A stretch of 64,000 nt of DNA from Bacteroidales bacterium (GTDB lineage: Bacteria > Bacteroidota > Bacteroidia > Bacteroidales > Muribaculaceae), in assembly GCA_014800895.1 (NCBI GenBank), contig JAAVFG010000008.1:19635-83634 (forward strand), written 5' to 3'. A program made the position numbers and the translations under genes. Below the pieces are notes generated by a model that saw only the letters and a list, made by a program, of their open reading frames with translations, was not told where the DNA came from and did no database searches. Below are positions 59,823-64,000 of this stretch, in pieces (positions within the stretch are counted from its first letter, which is position 1; the number at the start of each line of letters is the position of its first letter).

Positions 59823-60958
59823 TGGCAAGGATAGGGCTTAAATATATATCATCTTCCGGTAATACCTTTCCGGCAGTAAATCCCGGTAAATGGACACTTG
59901 CTTCCAATTTCCGTACAGATTTAGGGCAAGTGCTGACAGATTGTGGTATTTATGAAGATGACTGGGGGAAAGTGGCGGTCTTCATGCGGTATGTCAGGAC
60001 CGGATTATTTATATGTGCCGCCCGCAGATTGGAGGTGGAGGATGCGAGTCCTCTTGATTATGAGGCGTTGTGGATGTTTATTCCATCCGATGTCAAGATC
60101 AGTTCAAAGGATATGAATTTGTCGGTGAGAGAACTGACAGAGATTTTTGAACATGAGGAGGCATTTGATAATCCGGAAGCATTTGCAGACGCGTTGCCCC
60201 CAATCTTTCTAAGGGATTTTGATAACCCTTTTGAGGAGAGGAGAGAAGAGAAAGAAGTTGAAGAGGAGAGAGGAGAAATAGCAGGAGAAGAGGAAGAGGT
60301 TGAGGATAAAGAGATCTCAAAGGGAGAAGATGTAGGAAAAAACATATCGTTGACAGATGCACACAAGGATGGGACAGTTTTAGTAAATTCCCATCCTATG
60401 AATGGACGGCGAGTAGGATATGTCCCATATGAAAATGATGAGGAGTTAGAGCTTATCTATGAATTGGGAGATATGCCTCAATATGAAAATTTCGGTTTGA
60501 TCTTCATCACCGACAATCCTGTAAGGGTAGAGAGTTCGTTGCCTCGCATCGTTCTTCCTGAAATGGTTTTGCTAAGACAGCTGAAGCAGCCGGTTCAGAT
60601 GCAGGAGGAGGTAGTGGAGATAGATGAGGAAGATGAAGTAATTAAATCAAGCTCTGAGGAAGAGGGCGGAGTCAGTGAGAACACGGATGCTGATCCTTTC
60701 ATGGGGGAAAGCACACTATCGGAAACCGGGGGAGAAGAGGATAACGGGAGCATAGCTTCGGAAGAGCAAACTCTGTCTTATGAAGAGAGAGAAATAAATA
60801 AAGAGGAAACTCTATCTCTACTGCCTGTATTATACGAAGAAAAGGGTGATATAGAGGAAAAGGGAGTGAAAAACTGGTCGTGGCAATCTTTTATTTTGGG
60901 ATTTTGCACTGCGACTATTATCTTTGTAATGATATATCTTCTATTTGGAAGTGAATAA
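59822..60958 (+). CDS. Hypothetical acidic protein with C-terminal membrane anchor
   Basis: TGATG overlap with the DHHW gene stop, Glu-rich middle, terminal hydrophobic helix FILGFCTATIIFVMIYLLF. Confidence 0.65.
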   Translation: MARIGLKYISSSGNTFPAVNPGKWTLASNFRTDLGQVLTDCGIYEDDWGKVAVFMRYVRTGLFICAARRLEVEDASPLDYEALWMFIPSDVKISSKDMNLSVRELTEIFEHEEAFDNPEAFADALPPIFLRDFDNPFEERREEKEVEEERGEIAGEEEEVEDKEISKGEDVGKNISLTDAHKDGTVLVNSHPMNGRRVGYVPYENDEELELIYELGDMPQYENFGLIFITDNPVRVESSLPRIVLPEMVLLRQLKQPVQMQEEVVEIDEEDEVIKSSSEEEGGVSENTDADPFMGESTLSETGGEEDNGSIASEEQTLSYEEREINKEETLSLLPVLYEEKGDIEEKGVKNWSWQSFILGFCTATIIFVMIYLLFGSE

Positions 60959-61026
60959 AGATTCCAAAGCAAGAAACGAAATATTTCCACTATACTTCTT
61001 TCCTGAAAGGAAGAAAAATTAAATAT

Positions 61027-62139
61027 ATGAAACCGTTCACATTTGATCGCTTTATACGACTGTTAATAGTGTTGGCATTGTGCTGGGTTGCATGGTGGCT
61101 GTTAGGGATACTGAAAAATGTGCTTTTGCCGTTTGCTCTCGCTTCACTGTTGGCTTATATAATGGAGCCGTTGGTAGAATTCAATCAGCGCCTGATGCAT
61201 ACCCGCAAGAGGGGAGTGGCTGTTATGGTAACACTACTCGATGTTACCCTGATACTGACCACCCTTTTCTATTTCCTTACTCCTCTTGTAGAGGATGAGA
61301 TAAAGGAATTGGGCGGGATGATAAGCAGCTATTCCTTGCGCAATATACGGATTCCGATGGTTCCTGAATCAATATTTGCCACTATAGAGGATAATATTGA
61401 TCTGAAGAAGATATGGGCGGATATCGAGAGTGGAAAATGGTCAACCTGGCTTAATACGGGAGGAACCTTAGTGTCAGGATCCATTGATTTCGTGATGCAT
61501 TCGATTGAGTGGCTACTCACCTTCGTCTATATCATTTTTATAATGATCGATTATAAGAGGCTTGGCGAAGGCTTCAGGATGATGGTTCCTGATGAATATA
61601 AGAAGACAGTCTTCCGTATAGTGGGAGATGTGAAACACAGTATGAATGAATACTTTCGCGGGCAATTATTGATTGCTTCCTGCGCGGCACTCTTTTACTG
61701 TATCGGTTTCTCAATCGTGGGGCTCCCAATGGCAATCATTATGGGCATCACTGTGGGAATATTATTTATGATTCCATATTTCCAGTATGTGACGTTGATA
61801 CCCGTGGCTATAATATGTTTTATTGCTACATTGAATGGGTCGGATAGTTTCTGGCAGATGTTTGGAGAGTGTATATTGGTATATATCGTTTCCCAATCCA
61901 TCTGTGACTATATCCTGACTCCAAAAATTATGGGAAAATCCCTTGGATTAAATTCGGCAATAATCCTTCTCTCCCTCTCTATCTGGGGCACACTATTAGG
62001 AATATTAGGAATGGTGATAGCTCTCCCCGCCACAACATTGCTGATAGCGTATTATAAAAAGGTGGTGATAGATAAGCAACCCTTATGGGCTGAGACACGC
62101 TCTGCCGCTGTAGCTGAAAAGGGAAGAAAGAGGAAATAG
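61027..62139 (+). CDS. AI-2E (PerM/TqsA) family transporter
   Basis: LLPFALASLLAYIMEPLV, YFRGQLLIA, IPYF, LTPKIMGKSLGL, GMVIALPA. Confidence 0.9.
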   Translation: MKPFTFDRFIRLLIVLALCWVAWWLLGILKNVLLPFALASLLAYIMEPLVEFNQRLMHTRKRGVAVMVTLLDVTLILTTLFYFLTPLVEDEIKELGGMISSYSLRNIRIPMVPESIFATIEDNIDLKKIWADIESGKWSTWLNTGGTLVSGSIDFVMHSIEWLLTFVYIIFIMIDYKRLGEGFRMMVPDEYKKTVFRIVGDVKHSMNEYFRGQLLIASCAALFYCIGFSIVGLPMAIIMGITVGILFMIPYFQYVTLIPVAIICFIATLNGSDSFWQMFGECILVYIVSQSICDYILTPKIMGKSLGLNSAIILLSLSIWGTLLGILGMVIALPATTLLIAYYKKVVIDKQPLWAETRSAAVAEKGRKRK

Positions 62140-62152
62140 AGAAAAGAAATAG

Positions 62153-62198
62153 ATAAAAGCGGGTATTCTTAAAAGAAGGACACCCGCTTTATTTTATT
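62153..62198. terminator. Bidirectional terminator
   Basis: ATAAAAGCGGGT...ACCCGCTTTTATTTTAT. Confidence 0.7.
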
Positions 62199-62259
62199 GA
62201 GAAAATGGTAAACATACATAATTACACTATCATGTATTTATACCATATTTATATCCAAT

Positions 62260-62535
62260 TTAAAGATTGTTTATTTCTTCAGCGTCAAGTCCGGTCAAAG
62301 AATGAATCTGTTCAATAGAAAAGCCTTTTTCTTTCATATTACGTGCCACTTTTCTTATTCCTTCATTTTCTCCTTGCGCCATACCTTTAGCTAAACCTTC
62401 AGAAATGGCCTCTTCAATAGCATATTTCATCTGGTTTCGACGGTCTCTGGTATATTTTACATCTGCCTCATAGTCTCGACGCTCATCAGGAGATAAGGCG
62501 GCAAGACTACTGATAGTTTCCAATTTTCTAAACAC
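62260..62535 (-). pseudogene. Orphan C-terminal fragment of an Rpn / PD-(D/E)XK nuclease-family 'transposase'
   Basis: FRKLETISSLAALSPDERRDYE...EGLAKGMAQGENEGIRKVARNMKEKGFSIEQIHSLTGL matches the Rpn C-terminus. The nuclease domain is absent; upstream is the hdeD-like gene 29 nt away. Confidence 0.7.
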
Positions 62536-62564
62536 CTTTACGGTTAATATATGATATAATATTT

Positions 62565-63134
62565 TTATTTCAGACCAAGTCGTTTGTTGATTCTGTTTAT
62601 CTTAAAGGCTAAGATTATACGGTAGATGCCATAAGTGATGAATGAGATACCGATATAAAGCCATACCGCTATTCCGTCAGCAATCGGACCGGCAAGGAAG
62701 ATAAAAGCGAATATTAACGTTATGAGCAGGAAACAGATCAGCCATGTGACCCATTCATTGGAATGAGAAGAGAGCATGAATGTCTCGCAAATGGCATTGA
62801 TAGCAATAACAATAAGGAATATACCTACGCCATAAATAAAGGCTGTTGTCAATTGCGCGGTAGGAAGGGTGTAAAGCCATCCGGCAAGCAGCACCTCAAT
62901 TATACCCAGACATAAACTCCATGCCCAGTTGGAATGGGGCGCGTTATTAATCAATCCATAAGCTACATTCATACATCCTGCTACAAATACTATGGCGATG
63001 AAGAATATAGCCATTATAGGGAGAGAGGTGGAAGGGGAGAGGAGGCACCATATACCTATGCCTATTGACAGAAGACCGGTGATCATAGGAAACCACCAAA
63101 GCTTTGCCAATTTATTTCTGACTTGATCTTTCAT
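62565..63134 (-). CDS. HdeD/DUF308-family membrane protein
   Basis: Six short TM helices (WWFPMITGLLSIGIG..P). ATG at 63134 is preferred. Confidence 0.8.
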   Translation of the reverse strand: MKDQVRNKLAKLWWFPMITGLLSIGIGIWCLLSPSTSLPIMAIFFIAIVFVAGCMNVAYGLINNAPHSNWAWSLCLGIIEVLLAGWLYTLPTAQLTTAFIYGVGIFLIVIAINAICETFMLSSHSNEWVTWLICFLLITLIFAFIFLAGPIADGIAVWLYIGISFITYGIYRIILAFKINRINKRLGLK

Positions 63135-63197
63135 ATTTTCTATAATGTTAATTGTTTTTCTTATTGTTTTTAACAAACATTATATAGCATTAGTTTT

Positions 63198-63995
63198 TTA
63201 TTGGAGCCCATTTACTGCATTAATAACCTGATTTACCTCCTGATCTGTCATAACGGGCGAGATTGGAAGAGATAATTCAGTTTTTGCAATCTTTTCAGCA
63301 ACTGGAAGAGGAAAAGGGATATGGAGGTTATTCCTATAACATTTCTGAAGATGAGGAGGCAGGGGATAATGAATAATAGTCTCTACACCTTTATCGGATA
63401 GCTTCTGTTGGGCTTCATCTCTATTCTTGATAAAGATAGGAAAAAGATGGAAAACATTATTCTCGCCCGCTCTGTCATCGTGAGGGTAGGGGAGAATAAC
63501 ACTCGGATTATCAATCTCCGTCTGGTATATACGTGCTATCTCCCTCCGGCGGCGATTATCCGCATCCAGACGTGGCAGCTTTACTCTAAGGGCAGCTGCC
63601 TGAATCTCATCTAATCTTGAATTTTTTCCTTTATAATCAAATATATATTTCTTTTCGGAGCCGTAGAATGCGAGAGTGCGTACCATCCTGTCAAGATCAG
63701 GATCATTAGTTGTCACAGCGCCGCCATCGCCTAATGCGCCAAGATTTTTACCGGGATAAAAACTATGACCGGCAGCATCTCCTAATGATCCTGTACGTCG
63801 GTTGCCATTATATAGGGCTCCGGCAGCCTGAGCATTATCCTCAATGATAAGAAGATTATTACTATTGCAGAATTGCTCTATCTCCTCTGTCATGGCGCAA
63901 CGTCCATAGAGGTGGACTATAAGAATAGCCTTGACATCCCGGGAGTATGCCTCTTCAAGACGATTGAAATCCAATTGGAGAGTAACAGGATTCAC
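63198..63995 (-). CDS. DegT/DnrJ/EryC1/StrS PLP-dependent sugar aminotransferase (5' truncated by window edge)
   Basis: [55 protein letters not shown]. Confidence 0.92.
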   Translation of the reverse strand: MNPVTLQLDFNRLEEAYSRDVKAILIVHLYGRCAMTEEIEQFCNSNNLLIIEDNAQAAGALYNGNRRTGSLGDAAGHSFYPGKNLGALGDGGAVTTNDPDLDRMVRTLAFYGSEKKYIFDYKGKNSRLDEIQAAALRVKLPRLDADNRRRREIARIYQTEIDNPSVILPYPHDDRAGENNVFHLFPIFIKNRDEAQQKLSDKGVETIIHYPLPPHLQKCYRNNLHIPFPLPVAEKIAKTELSLPISPVMTDQEVNQVINAVNGLQ

Positions 63996-64000
63996 GTCTA

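Noticed and set aside
63196-63212. Possible extra junction-motif copy TTATTGGAGCCC
   Set aside because: It is the coding end of the aminotransferase (NGLQ-stop) and lacks the central ATGG, so it is probably coincidence.

Overview
A 64-kb chromosomal window from a Bacteroidales bacterium. Bacteroidetes-type TAnnTTTG promoters, T9SS-type C-terminal tails and the gene content suggest a Muribaculaceae-like gut organism (inference). The core backbone is tig-clpP-clpX-recQ-PPIase-lipoprotein-[insert]-surA-ostA-like-mutL, malQ, nrdJ, fur/DUF1015, thioesterase-dprA, cysK and leuA-leuC-leuD-cimA-leuB. Accessory blocks are: (i) a TPP-riboswitch-controlled thiamine operon (thiS, tenI/thiE-like, thiE, thiG, thiH, thiF, SAM methyltransferase, tenA, thiD; no thiC) lying antisense inside the PPIase/surA cluster; (ii) four proteins with T9SS-like tails (two BspA-type LRR proteins, two divergent multi-CBM GH13 amylases) next to a membrane-spanning LuxR-type regulator; (iii) an MBOAT/DHHW acylation operon; (iv) an orphan Rpn C-terminal fragment. 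The most unusual signals are non-coding. A ~19-bp motif family (TTTAGGCTCCATCCA[A/C]TAA) recurs at core/accessory junctions and forms the inverted ends of a ~380-bp MITE-like element with two internal hairpins between the amylases. There is also a 61-bp palindromic tandem array, two 20-bp-period arrays flanking one terminator, and an identical 12-bp palindrome just upstream of both thiS and surA. No CRISPR array, tRNA, rRNA, integrase or intact transposase was seen.
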